Positions 1-9,391 are shown, numbered from the stretch's first letter. The stretch is 64,000 nt of DNA from an uncultured bacterium (GCA_964389325.1 CAYMEN010000006.1:84357-148356); one strand, 5' to 3'. Numbers and translations are program-made. Notes: generated by a model not told the origin, from the letters alone.

Positions 1-1436
1 CGACGCTCATCTCTCGCGAGGCCTCGTCAGGCGGATCCGACCGGGAGAACCTCCAGCGCGAGATCCGAGGCGGCATGATTTACGATATCTTCGCGCTCGC
101 GGTCAGTCCGGAAACCGTCTACCAGCTCGCCATCACCTTCGACCGGCTGATGCCGTTCCAGATGTTCCACGAGACGACCTCGGTCATTTTCCACGAGGTG
201 CTCGACGAGTCGATGAAGCCGACGATGCTCCTGTTCACCGTCATGAACCGCAAGTTCATGATCCAGCAGGAGCTGACCCATGCCGTCAACAACCGCATCA
301 TCCCCGGTCAGGCCGTCCCGCCGATCATCCTCCAGCAGAACATGGAGGGGGAATGGCCGATCGTTCTCCCCGTGGCACCGAGCATGGAACCGGCTATGTA
401 TCTGCTCCTGCAGCGCCTGAGAAGCGAGGGGGGCAACATCCGCACCCGCCTGCCGGTCAACGGGACGCCCTGCCATGTCCTGGCCCGCCCCCTCACGGGC
501 ATGGAGATGATCGGCGCGGCGCTCGAGCCGGTCGGGCAGGAAGCCGGGATGGCGCTTTCCCCGGCCGTGTTCGCGGCGGCATACCCGGTCGCGATCGTCA
601 TTCTCGCCCTGCTCCTGTTCCTGTCGTTCTTCCTGAAGCCGGTCGGCGAGATGCGGAAAACGGTCGAAGCGATCGCGGCGGGCGATTACGGGCAGCGCCT
701 GCCCGTGCTGACCGACGACGAGATCGGCAGCCTGTGCCTCAGTTTCAACGCCATGGCGAAGGATCTGGCCGAAAAGGAGTTCCTGCGCCGGTTCATCTCG
801 GACCTCACCATGCAGGCCGTCGCCGGCCGCCACCGCCGCACCGCGACCCGCCTCACCGCCACGGTGATGTTCACCGACATCCGCGGCTTCACGACGATGT
901 CCGAGACCCAGCCGCCCGAGAAGATCACGGCGATGCTCAACGAGTATCTGACCCGCATGGAAGCGGTGATCGAGGCCCACGGCGGCACGATCGACAAGTT
1001 CATCGGCGATGCCATCATGGCCGTCTTCCTCCCCACCCATGGCATGGCCCCGTCGGGCGAGCGCGCCATCCGGGCCGCGTTCGCCATGCGCCGCGAGCTC
1101 GCCGCCTTCAACGCGTCTCGGCGCGCGGCCGGCGAGTTCGAGATCGCGATCGGCAGCGGCATCGCGACGGGCGAGATCCTGATGGGCGTGCTGGGCCGCT
1201 CCGACGGGCGCCAGGACTTCACCGTGACCGGCCCGACCGTCAATATATCTGCATCTATGGAAAAGCGGTCGAAGGAAACACGCCGCACGCCGATCGTCGC
1301 CTGCCCCGCGACCGTCGATGCCGCGTCCGGACATCTCGTGACGGAGCCGCTTGCCGGGGTTCCCGGAAAGCCGGCGGGCTTCGAACTGGTCTCGATTGCC
1401 GATTCCGAGGTATCATTGTCCCATTCCGACACCTGA
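1..1436 (+). CDS. Membrane-anchored class III adenylate/guanylate cyclase with HAMP linker; 5'-partial, the reading frame is open to window position 1.
   Basis: A TM segment then a HAMP-like stretch (GEMRKTVEAIAAGDYGQRLPV...DEIGSLCLSFNAMAKDL). The cyclase core reads MFTDIRGFTTMSE...GGTIDKFIGDAIMAVF, the class III signature. No stop upstream in frame. Stop at 1434-1436. Confidence 0.85.
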   Translation, partial: TLISREASSGGSDRENLQREIRGGMIYDIFALAVSPETVYQLAITFDRLMPFQMFHETTSVIFHEVLDESMKPTMLLFTVMNRKFMIQQELTHAVNNRIIPGQAVPPIILQQNMEGEWPIVLPVAPSMEPAMYLLLQRLRSEGGNIRTRLPVNGTPCHVLARPLTGMEMIGAALEPVGQEAGMALSPAVFAAAYPVAIVILALLLFLSFFLKPVGEMRKTVEAIAAGDYGQRLPVLTDDEIGSLCLSFNAMAKDLAEKEFLRRFISDLTMQAVAGRHRRTATRLTATVMFTDIRGFTTMSETQPPEKITAMLNEYLTRMEAVIEAHGGTIDKFIGDAIMAVFLPTHGMAPSGERAIRAAFAMRRELAAFNASRRAAGEFEIAIGSGIATGEILMGVLGRSDGRQDFTVTGPTVNISASMEKRSKETRRTPIVACPATVDAASGHLVTEPLAGVPGKPAGFELVSIADSEVSLSHSDT

Positions 1437-1451
1437 CGTGGAGGCTGCACG

Positions 1452-2486
1452 ATGAGCGAAGCGAAACGGAACGTCCCCATGGCCCGGCCCGGCGAAACGG
1501 CTGATGGAACCGGCCAGGGCCACACGATCGTCGGCGGCCGCCCCGCGGGCACGACCGACAGGGGCCGCGGCATTCCGCGCGGTATGGAGCTGCTGATCAA
1601 ACGCGCCGCCGTCGATGCGTCGTTCCGCGCCGACCTCCTCGCCAGGCGCGCCGCCGTCGCGGACGAACTGGCGGTCCCGCTCGACCCGTCGGAACGGGCG
1701 ATGCTGACCTCCATTCCCGAGGCCCAGCTCGGGATCATCATCTCCGGAACGGCCGTTCCCGAGCCCCAGCGGAAGGCCCTCACCGGGGCCTCGGCGGCGG
1801 CGATGCTGGCCCTGCTCGCACAGCTGACCTTCACGCCCGTCGCCGGCCGCGCCGACACGCCGCCGGCTGGCGAATCGAACGAAGAGATCAGGCCTGGGCT
1901 TCCGAATGCGGGCGTCTCGGCCTCCGATGACGACGACCGCATGACGCGCGGCATCAGGCCCGACTTTCCGATGCCGCCCGGCGGCGTCCGGCCGGATATC
2001 CCGAGGCCGCCAAAGCCGGTGCCCGCCCCGCCCGTCACACCTGACGAGACCGAAAAACCGGTCGTTCCGGTTCAGGCAACGACGACGTGGAAGCCGGGCG
2101 ATCCGCTGACGTTCAGCGTGTTACAGGAGATCCTGGTCAAAGGCGACGTGACGGACCGCCCCTTCAGCGACGCGCTCGACCTCCTCGCCGCGGATACCGG
2201 CGTCAGGATTTCCCTTGCCGGCGGAACGGCGATCGATACCAACCGGCGGGTCAGTGCCGCGACGGCCGGCCTGCCGCTCGGAAAGGCCCTCAGAAAGATC
2301 TGCACCGAGGCCGCCGAAGACGCCGCCCTGTTCGTGATCGACATCGAGGAATCCCAGATCGTCGTCCGGTTCCGGCCCCGCACCGGCGAGGCCCGGCCCG
2401 GCATCCAGACCCAGCCGCCCGCCGATGTCGACGATTCGGCCATCACCCGCGGCATCCGGCCCGATGTCCCCGGCTTCGACGAGTAA
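1452..2486 (+). CDS. Hypothetical protein with an NHLP/Nif11-like leader domain (residues ~45-100) and an RGIRPD tri-repeat; the true start may be the internal M at MELLIKR (~1584).
   Basis: ELLIKRAAVDASFRADLLARRAAVADELAVPLDPSE resembles nitrile-hydratase-leader-peptide leaders (iakAWkDpaFkakLLadPkaAlaEaGvelPeg). The motif RGIRPD[FV]P occurs three times. It is co-directional and 12 nt upstream of a B12-rSAM gene. Confidence 0.5.
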   Translation: MSEAKRNVPMARPGETADGTGQGHTIVGGRPAGTTDRGRGIPRGMELLIKRAAVDASFRADLLARRAAVADELAVPLDPSERAMLTSIPEAQLGIIISGTAVPEPQRKALTGASAAAMLALLAQLTFTPVAGRADTPPAGESNEEIRPGLPNAGVSASDDDDRMTRGIRPDFPMPPGGVRPDIPRPPKPVPAPPVTPDETEKPVVPVQATTTWKPGDPLTFSVLQEILVKGDVTDRPFSDALDLLAADTGVRISLAGGTAIDTNRRVSAATAGLPLGKALRKICTEAAEDAALFVIDIEESQIVVRFRPRTGEARPGIQTQPPADVDDSAITRGIRPDVPGFDE

Positions 2487-2498
2487 CCCGCACACCCG

Positions 2499-3965
2499 AT
2501 GACCGCCGATATCACGCTTCTCAACCTGAACCTGCTGTATGTGCGCTACCTCGACACCGTCGACCGCGAACTCCACCTGCCGCTCGGCTGTCTCTACCTG
2601 ACGCGCGCGCTCGAGCAGGCGGGCTACACCGTCGATTTTCGCGACTATCAGCTGACGCAGGCCGCCGAGCCGTTCAGCACGGGCGCGATCCTTCGCTTCC
2701 TCGAGGGCGCCGCCCCCGTCGTCGGCTTCTCCTGCATGGCGAACCTGCTTCCGTTCGCCATTCTGGCAATGAAAGAGTACAAGAAACAACACCCCGAATC
2801 GACACTGGTCCTCGGCGGCGTCGGTTCGAAAGCCGTCGAAGAGCAGATCCTGGAGCGTTTTCCCTGGATCGACGTCATTGCGGTCGGTGAAGGCGAGCGC
2901 ACCGGCCCCGAACTGCTCGGCGCCATCGAACGCGGCGACGACCTGACCCGCGTAGCCGGCCTCGTCGTGCGCAACCGCGACGGCCGCATCGTGCGCACAC
3001 CGCTGCGCGAGCGGATCGCCGACCTCGACGCGATCCCATTCCCGGCGTTCGAGCATATCGACCTGAAACAGTACCGCGGCTACGGCCTGATGTCGTCGCG
3101 CGGCTGCCCTTACCCGTGCACCTTCTGCTCGGTCGCCCCGGTCTGGGACCACACCTCGACCTTCCGCTCGGTCGGCAACATCGTCGACGAGATGCGCATG
3201 CTCCACGAGAAGGCCGGCGTGAAGATGTTTTTATTCCAAGACGAATATTTCGTCTCGAAAAAAGCCCGCATCATGGAGTTCTGCGAAGCGCTGAGCCGGT
3301 CGGGCCTGCAGGTGATGTGGAAATCCTTCGGCCGCGTCGATCTGACCGACCGCGAAATGATGGAGGCGATGGCCGCCACCGGCTGTGTCGAGCTGCGGTT
3401 CGGCATCGAGAGTGGCTGCGACCGCATCCTGCAGCTCGTGAAAAAAGGCTTCTCGGCGGAACAGGCGATCGCGCGCGTCTCCGAGGCGGTCGGCATCTTC
3501 CCACGCGTCGACGCCTTCTACATCTGGGGCTTCCCGTTCGAGACGATGGAGGAGTTTCACCAGACCGTCTTTCAGATGGTCTCGCTGCGCATGATGGGCG
3601 CACGTATATTACCTTCTATGCTTTGTCTGCTGCCCCAGACCGAACTGTACCAGGAATACACTGGCAGAGCGAAACTCGAGTTCTGCCCCGAATTGTTCCC
3701 TGAATACATGATCACCGGCCACGAGATCAGCACCCTGTCGAAGTTCGAGATCGCGCCCCAGCATCGTCCGATCTACGAGTTCATCCAGGCGCACCCCGAC
3801 CTGTTTCCCGGCTTTTTCCACATCGACCTGGCCGGCAACATCCTGCCCAAACTCGCCGTGCTGAAAAAATTCGGTTTCTACCCCGACACGCCCGACGCAG
3901 CCACGCCGGAATCCTGCGGCGCGCACTCCCCCGAATCGGCCGCCACGCGCGCCTGCCCCGTCTGA
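2499..3965 (+). CDS. B12-binding (cobalamin-dependent) radical SAM protein.
   Basis: N-terminal B12-binding-like Rossmann region. The CX3CX2C radical SAM motif is SSRGCPYPCTFCSV, followed by a TIM-barrel core (FGIESGCDRIL). Confidence 0.85.
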   Translation: MTADITLLNLNLLYVRYLDTVDRELHLPLGCLYLTRALEQAGYTVDFRDYQLTQAAEPFSTGAILRFLEGAAPVVGFSCMANLLPFAILAMKEYKKQHPESTLVLGGVGSKAVEEQILERFPWIDVIAVGEGERTGPELLGAIERGDDLTRVAGLVVRNRDGRIVRTPLRERIADLDAIPFPAFEHIDLKQYRGYGLMSSRGCPYPCTFCSVAPVWDHTSTFRSVGNIVDEMRMLHEKAGVKMFLFQDEYFVSKKARIMEFCEALSRSGLQVMWKSFGRVDLTDREMMEAMAATGCVELRFGIESGCDRILQLVKKGFSAEQAIARVSEAVGIFPRVDAFYIWGFPFETMEEFHQTVFQMVSLRMMGARILPSMLCLLPQTELYQEYTGRAKLEFCPELFPEYMITGHEISTLSKFEIAPQHRPIYEFIQAHPDLFPGFFHIDLAGNILPKLAVLKKFGFYPDTPDAATPESCGAHSPESAATRACPV

Positions 3966-3977
3966 TTTACCGCCTTG

Positions 3978-4481
3978 TCACCGGAGAAACGCGGCGAATC
4001 TGGCGTGGCGTGAGCTCGATACCGTATTTCCCCTCGCCTTGTACAACTGCGCAAGATTGAGGTGCGCCTCGAGATTCGACGGGGCAAGAGAGAGCAGCGC
4101 CAAAAGAACCGACTCAGCCTCTTCAAGCCGGTCAGTCTCCGCAAGCAGGGCCCCCAGGTTGAGCAGTCCGTCGGTGTTCCCCGGATCGAGGGAAAGGCAC
4201 CGGCGGAAGCAGTCCTCAGCCTCCTTCAGCCGGCCGATCTTTCCCAGCATGAGCCCGCTCGAGGAAAGCGCCCGGAGAGGCGGGGGATTCCATGCCAGAA
4301 AGGGGGCAAGGACGGCAGCCGCTTCTCCCGGGGCGCCCCGGGCATCCGCCCGCGCCGCCTCCGTAAGAGCCGCATCGACCTGGATCCGCCCCAGAAGGTC
4401 GATTCCGCTTGCCCCAAGAATCAGGACGATTCCCGAAGACGCCGGCCAGGCCCCTGCGGACAGCCGGCCGTTCCACGTCTT
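3978..4481 (-). pseudogene. TPR-repeat domain, open in frame from 4481 down to 3978 with the first ATG at 4250. It is probably the C-terminal domain of the upstream membrane protein, displaced by a frameshift.
   Basis: TPR-like residues (EAEDCFRRCLSLDPGNTDGLLNLGALLAETDRLEEAESVLLALLSLAPSNLEAHLNLAQLYKARGN). The frame is open upstream of the ATG through TPR-like sequence (RADARGAPGEAAAVLAPFLAWNPPP...). The membrane ORF's own C-terminal 110 aa are low-complexity, R/G/P-rich junk. Confidence 0.5.
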
Positions 4482-6087
4482 TCAGAAAAACAGCCCACAG
4501 GGCGAAGGGAAGGACCGTGAACCCAATCCCCTTGAGAAAGACAATCGTGGTGATACCCGACGAAACATCCCCTAACGCCGCATAATCGGGAAGGGCCTGG
4601 TTCAGAACCATGCCTCCCAGGAATATCCGAAAGCAGGCGGGAGATGAACGCCGGAGCACGACGAGCGCCGGCAGCAAGACGAGACAGTAGTAGCTAAGCC
4701 AGGACCACGCCAGCCACCCCGTCGAAGTGATGCAAAAGAGGGCCGCCAGGGGCAGCCGGTTCTGCCCGGAACCGTCTCGGGGAAGGCCGAAAAACACGAT
4801 GGCGGCGACCACCGCCGCCATGACGGCAAGCTGGAACGTCGTTCCGACGCCGGCATACCCGAAGGAGAGGAACACCTGGGTCAGCCCGTAGCAATTCACC
4901 CCAGGCCTGAGATCGGTGATCTTCCCGAGGAATCCCATCCAGGAGTTCCCAATCGGCTCCGAAACCGCCACCATGATCGCGGTCAGGAACAACGTCCAGA
5001 TCACGGTCCTGGCTCCAAACCGCCGCTCCGGCGATTCGGCCGCGGCGGGCGCCCCCCCAGGGGACGGGAGCGCGACCATCAGGGCGGGCACGAGAAGAAC
5101 GAACGGGAACAACTTCACGCAGGTTCCCCAGGCGACCCCCAGTCCGGTCAGGAACGCCAGCCGTCGACGATACCCGAAGAGGGTGGCGCAGACGGGAAGA
5201 AACCACCCGGCTCCGACCAGCCCCGAAAGAGTCCATCCCGAATAATCCCAGCAGCACAGAAACAGGGCTCCCGCCAGCATTTCCTCCTCATGGTCGAAAT
5301 CGAGGGCTTTGGCCACAAGCCGGATGCAGACCCAAAGACCGATCACCTGGGCAAGCAGGCTGAAGAAAAAGGCACCTCTCGAGAGGGGAAGGTGAAGGGT
5401 CGGGTCCAGGTTCCGGACGAGGATATACCAGGGAGATGCATTGAATCCGGCGTCCTGGAACTGGATGAAGGAGGCCTGGCAGTCGCGCCGGAACTCCTCG
5501 ATCCGCGCGGGTGACTCCTCGCGATCACCGAAAAATCCTACGAGGAGCTCCCTGAACCGGCCTTCCCGCCGACAGGTCTCCTCCAACTCTGCCGTGGTCG
5601 CGTCCGGGCGAAGGTCCGGCCGAAACGGGCCACCAAGGAGTTCGAGGGCGGCAAAGCGTCGGCGGCGATCGCTTTCGAAAAAGGGGAGTTCATCCCGGCC
5701 GGCGGCAACCAGCCGATAGAGCTCCTCGTTCGGCAGGACGAACTTCGAGCCCAGATAATAGTGGCTGAAGTTCGAGGGAACCGGATCGCAATGGAAAACG
5801 TGAAAGACGAACGCGTTGCAGAGCCCCGCCAGCGTCAGGAATACCAAGGCCCTGGAGCGGCTTCGTCCGCTCACCGCCATATCGACACAGAGCAGAATGA
5901 AGGCCAGAATGGCACAGATCAATCGATGGTGGACGAGATACGTGTACATAGAGGATGCGCCGATTGTACCACACCCGTTCATTCCTCGCCGAACCGTCCT
6001 GAAGAGCTCCTCCACCGAAAAAGCCATCGATTTCAGGAGCACAAGCGGCAAAACGGGCCGGAACAGCGGTCTGTTCCGGCCCGGCAA
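4216..6087 (-). CDS. Polytopic membrane protein, more than 10 predicted TM helices (a GT-C/DUF2029-like glycosyltransferase fold is possible). The C-terminus is likely frameshifted into the TPR region above. The start is uncertain: 6087, or the internal M near 5949.
   Basis: Long hydrophobic segments (LICAILAFILLCV, LAGLCNAFVFHVF, VIGLWVCIRLV, LLVPALMVAL and so on). The C-terminal tail GNRPDSWGKRNRPSGADPGRCGSYGGG is compositional junk that overlaps the TPR frame. Confidence 0.6.
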   Translation of the reverse strand: MPGRNRPLFRPVLPLVLLKSMAFSVEELFRTVRRGMNGCGTIGASSMYTYLVHHRLICAILAFILLCVDMAVSGRSRSRALVFLTLAGLCNAFVFHVFHCDPVPSNFSHYYLGSKFVLPNEELYRLVAAGRDELPFFESDRRRRFAALELLGGPFRPDLRPDATTAELEETCRREGRFRELLVGFFGDREESPARIEEFRRDCQASFIQFQDAGFNASPWYILVRNLDPTLHLPLSRGAFFFSLLAQVIGLWVCIRLVAKALDFDHEEEMLAGALFLCCWDYSGWTLSGLVGAGWFLPVCATLFGYRRRLAFLTGLGVAWGTCVKLFPFVLLVPALMVALPSPGGAPAAAESPERRFGARTVIWTLFLTAIMVAVSEPIGNSWMGFLGKITDLRPGVNCYGLTQVFLSFGYAGVGTTFQLAVMAAVVAAIVFFGLPRDGSGQNRLPLAALFCITSTGWLAWSWLSYYCLVLLPALVVLRRSSPACFRIFLGGMVLNQALPDYAALGDVSSGITTIVFLKGIGFTVLPFALWAVFLKDVERPAVRRGLAGVFGNRPDSWGKRNRPSGADPGRCGSYGGGAGGCPGRPGRSGCRPCPLSGMESPASPGAFLERAHAGKDRPAEGG

Positions 6088-6099
6088 TATATCAGGCTA

Positions 6100-7302
6100 T
6101 TATCTTACACCGTATACTTTATCCAGGTATTCGTCCCACTGGGTGTCGCGGGCGAAGTCGAGGGCCTTGTAGAAGGCGCGGAAGCGGCGGTAGTCGTCCG
6201 GCGTGGGCATCGCGACCGAGATGCCGGCTCCCGAGGAGACCGTGCGGCAGGCGGTGACGGCGGCCAGGGCGTCCTCGGCGGTCTTGCGAACCAGGGCCCC
6301 GTTCTTCACGCTGGAGAGGCCGCCCATGCTGCCGAGGCTGGCTTCGATGTCCCAGTAGTAGTTCTTGCCGCCGTAGGCTTCGTTCGGGTTGAACTGGTAC
6401 CCGTCGGCCGAGGCGTTCATCAGTTCGAGCACGAACGAGTTGAAGGCGAAGGTCAGCTCGCCGGCGCGGGCGACGTTCCAGTAGCCCATGTCGCGCATCC
6501 CGGCGCCGCTGACCATGGCTTTCGCGAAGCCGGTCGCGTTCGTCGGCCGCTCGGAATCGACCGCGTTCATGATCCGCGCATAGGGGTATCCGTTGATGCC
6601 GGTCGTGTCGGCGGCGCCGACCATGACCTCGCAGGAACTGCGGAACTGGTAGACGGCCTCGATCGAGCCGGGCAGGCAGGCGTCGAAGGCGAGAACCGAC
6701 AGCGGCCGGTTCCCGTTCAGGCGGGTCTTGAAGGCGTCCAGGACGGCGACGAGCTCGAACACGGTCAGGCAGTCGTTGTCGGTGTGGTCATAGGCGACGA
6801 AACGGCTGTCGGGGTCGAAATCGACCGCGCCGGGCTTCATGCTGGACGTGCCGCCCGTGCCGCGCCACGAGAAGATGCCGCTGCCGTGGCTGTTGATGAT
6901 GAGCGCGTAGTTGCGGGCGGGGTGCCGCTCGGCCGCTTTCTTCAGGAAGCTCCACAGCACGTAGGGCGAGCCCATGTTCACTTCGCCGAGCTTGTCCTCG
7001 ACGTTGACGCTGCCCTTCTGGACCGTGTAGATCGAGGCGCCGCTGTCCTTATTCCCGCCGAAGATGCCGCCGAACGGCGAGCCGGCCTTGGGGGCGAGGT
7101 CGTCGATGACGACGATTTCACAGCCGGCCGGGGGGCCCGAGCGGGTCATCGCCTGGATGCTGCGCATGTTCGCGTTTTCCATGGTGGTGTCCTTGTCGTC
7201 GTTCACGATGTACAGGAGCACCGTCCATTCGTTGAGCGCCCAGCCGGTTGCCGGGGCGACGAGCACCGCCAGAACGATCAGAAGCCAACGCATCGCTTTC
7301 AT
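6100..7302 (-). CDS. Secreted clostripain-like cysteine peptidase (family C11).
   Basis: Signal peptide MKAMRWLLIVLAVLVAPATGWA. The catalytic His context is IINSHGSG and the catalytic Cys context is LAFDACLPGS, as in clostripain/C11. Confidence 0.8.
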   Translation of the reverse strand: MKAMRWLLIVLAVLVAPATGWALNEWTVLLYIVNDDKDTTMENANMRSIQAMTRSGPPAGCEIVVIDDLAPKAGSPFGGIFGGNKDSGASIYTVQKGSVNVEDKLGEVNMGSPYVLWSFLKKAAERHPARNYALIINSHGSGIFSWRGTGGTSSMKPGAVDFDPDSRFVAYDHTDNDCLTVFELVAVLDAFKTRLNGNRPLSVLAFDACLPGSIEAVYQFRSSCEVMVGAADTTGINGYPYARIMNAVDSERPTNATGFAKAMVSGAGMRDMGYWNVARAGELTFAFNSFVLELMNASADGYQFNPNEAYGGKNYYWDIEASLGSMGGLSSVKNGALVRKTAEDALAAVTACRTVSSGAGISVAMPTPDDYRRFRAFYKALDFARDTQWDEYLDKVYGVR

Positions 7303-7495
7303 TTCTTGACCTCACCTGTCCGGATTTTTTTGTATCCGCCAATGAGCAGGAAACATGCCAGCCGTACAGGAAACCGATGTTCGGCCCGGGAAGCCGATGC
7401 GCGGCGTTCATGCCGGTTCCGGCTGCCGATTATTCGCCGGCAGCCTGCTCAACCTTCGGCATGACGTCAAAAGAAACAGCCCCGATGGGGCACAA

Positions 7496-8173
7496 TCACC
7501 GGGATGCCGGCGCTTCCTCCGTATCCGATGCGCTGGGCGTCGTCGGAATTTCGGAGGGATCGGCAACGGCTCCGTGGGCGGCGAGAAGCTCGGCGACGTC
7601 CGTCTTCCCGGCTTTTTTTGCCCAGAACAACGGGGTTCGCTGGAAATTGTTAACGGCGTTCACGTTGGCTCCCCGGGAAATCAGCAGTTCGACGACGTCG
7701 CGCGCACCGCTTTCCGCGGCGAGGTGCAGGGGCGTGCTTTCGGCGGCCCCGTCCCCGCTCACGAATCCCGTCACGTTCACGTCGGCGCCCGCATCGAGCA
7801 GGATGCGGCAGGCTTCGGCGCGGTTCTTCACCGCGGCGAGATGCAGGGGGGCGAGATTTCGCCCATCGCGCACGTTCAGGTCAGCCCCGCGCGACGTCAG
7901 CAGTTCGAGAACCGCATCCTGACCGGTTTCGACGGCACAATGCAGGCCGCACCCCATGTCGCGCATCGTCGTATTGATGTCGAACCCGTCATCGATCATC
8001 GCGGCGACATCATCCGCCCGGCCGGAGGCGATCATGCCGAACCACCGCTGGGCGGCGGCGCCTCCGGAGGCTTCCGGATCCTGAGCCTGCAGGCCCGCCG
8101 GAACGCCGATCATCAGAGCAACGAACACAACCCAGGCCACGACGGCCTTTCCGAACGCACGTCGAAACATCAT
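7496..8173 (-). CDS. Secreted ankyrin-repeat protein (high-GC, native-composition copy).
   Basis: Start chosen at MMFRRAFGKAVVAWVVFVALMIGVPAGLQA (signal peptide) with RBS GGGAGGG 4 nt upstream. There are at least four ANK repeats (GCGLHCAVETGQDAVLELLTSRGADLNVRD, APLHLAAVKNRAEACRILLDAGADVN, TPLHLAAESGARDVVELLISRGANVN, TPLFWAKKAGKTDVAELLAAHGA). Confidence 0.8.
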   Translation of the reverse strand: MMFRRAFGKAVVAWVVFVALMIGVPAGLQAQDPEASGGAAAQRWFGMIASGRADDVAAMIDDGFDINTTMRDMGCGLHCAVETGQDAVLELLTSRGADLNVRDGRNLAPLHLAAVKNRAEACRILLDAGADVNVTGFVSGDGAAESTPLHLAAESGARDVVELLISRGANVNAVNNFQRTPLFWAKKAGKTDVAELLAAHGAVADPSEIPTTPSASDTEEAPASR

Positions 8174-8285
8174 GAACCCTCCCGTCAGAATGCGTCGCGG
8201 TCTCACTCCCGCTGCATACAGGATACCGCCGGACAGTGAATCAGGTAAAATGGGAAAACATTCTTTCTTTCAAGGAAGGACATCG

Positions 8286-9359
8286 ATGCCTCGAACATCC
8301 AGGATTGTCGCCGGATACTGCCTGATCACGCTGTTCGCCCTATTCTTCTCGACCGCGGTGTTTGCGGCTGATCTCCCGCACATCGTGCTTCTCGCCACCG
8401 GCGGGACAATCGCCGGGGCCGGGAAGTCGGCCGGGGAAGCCGGGTACAAGCCGAGCGCCCTGCCCGTCGAGAAGCTCGTCGGCGCGGTTCCCGAGATCGC
8501 CTCGTTCGCCCGGCTGAGCGGCGAGCAGGTGTCCCAGGTCGACAGCCAGGCGATGACCACCACGATCTGGCTGAAGCTGGCCAACCGCATCAACGCCCTT
8601 CTCGCCGACCGCGACGTCGACGGCATCGTCGTCACGCACGGCACCGACACGCTCGAGGAGACGGCGTATTTCCTGCATCTCACCGTGAAGAGCCGCAAGC
8701 CGGTCGTCGTCACCGGCTCGATGCGCGCCTCGACGTCGATGAGCGCCGACGGCCCGATGAACCTGTTCAACGCCGTCTCCGTCGCCGCGTCGCCGCTTTC
8801 GCACGGGAAGGGCGTGCTCGTCGTCCTGAACGACCGCATCCACTCGGCCCGCGAGGTCACGAAAACCCACACGACCGCCGTCGACACCTTCCAGTCGCCG
8901 AATTTCGGACCGCTCGGCACGGTCTATTACGGGAAGGTCGCGTTCGAGCGCCTGCCCGCCCGCCGCCACACCCTCGCCACGCCGTTCAGCGTCGCCGGCC
9001 GCGAGACCTTGCCGCGCGTCTTCATCACCTACGGCCACGCCGACAACACCCCCGAACTCGTCGAGGCCGTGATCCGCGTGAAGCCGGATGGCATCGTGAA
9101 CGCCGGCGTGGGAAACGGCAACGCCTCGCCCGCGGTTCTCGAGGCCCTCGGCAAGGCGCGCCGCGGCGGCATCGCCGTCGTCCGCTCCGCCCGGACCGGC
9201 GGCGGCCGCGTCACGCTCGGCGCCGAGGTCGACGACGCGGCTTACGGCTTCGTCGTCTCCGACGATCTGAACCCCCAGAAAGCCCGCATCCTTCTCATGC
9301 TCGGCCTGACGCGCACGACCGACCCGCAGGCCCTCCAGCAGCTGTTTTTCACCTATTGA
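8286..9359 (+). CDS. ansB: Periplasmic L-asparaginase type II.
   Basis: Signal peptide MPRTSRIVAGYCLITLFALFFSTAVFA. The asparaginase signature is HIVLLATGGTIAG, and also VVTHGTDTLEETAYFL. RBS AAGGAAGGA lies upstream of the ATG at 8286; the longer ORF that starts at 8172 overlaps the divergent ankyrin gene. Confidence 0.9.
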   Translation: MPRTSRIVAGYCLITLFALFFSTAVFAADLPHIVLLATGGTIAGAGKSAGEAGYKPSALPVEKLVGAVPEIASFARLSGEQVSQVDSQAMTTTIWLKLANRINALLADRDVDGIVVTHGTDTLEETAYFLHLTVKSRKPVVVTGSMRASTSMSADGPMNLFNAVSVAASPLSHGKGVLVVLNDRIHSAREVTKTHTTAVDTFQSPNFGPLGTVYYGKVAFERLPARRHTLATPFSVAGRETLPRVFITYGHADNTPELVEAVIRVKPDGIVNAGVGNGNASPAVLEALGKARRGGIAVVRSARTGGGRVTLGAEVDDAAYGFVVSDDLNPQKARILLMLGLTRTTDPQALQQLFFTY

Positions 9360-9367
9360 CGAACGAA

Positions 9368-9391
9368 CCCGGCCCGAAATCCCGGGCCGGG
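9368..9391. terminator. GC hairpin between convergent genes (asparaginase end, DUF4105 end).
   Basis: Stem CCCGGCCCG at 9368-9376, loop AAATCC, CGGGCCGGG at 9383-9391. No strong U tract. Confidence 0.45.

Noticed and set aside
27-1504. Long ORFs 27..1334 (-) and 353..1504 (+) overlapping the adenylate cyclase gene
   Set aside because: Arg/Gly/Asp-rich low-complexity translations with no motifs, in alternative frames of a clear class III cyclase. These are typical stop-codon-poor shadow frames in GC-rich DNA.
5761-7464. 567-aa ORF on the plus strand across the membrane-protein and clostripain genes
   Set aside because: Antisense to two well-supported minus-strand genes. The composition (RGDRAAGGDGG...) is junk-like.
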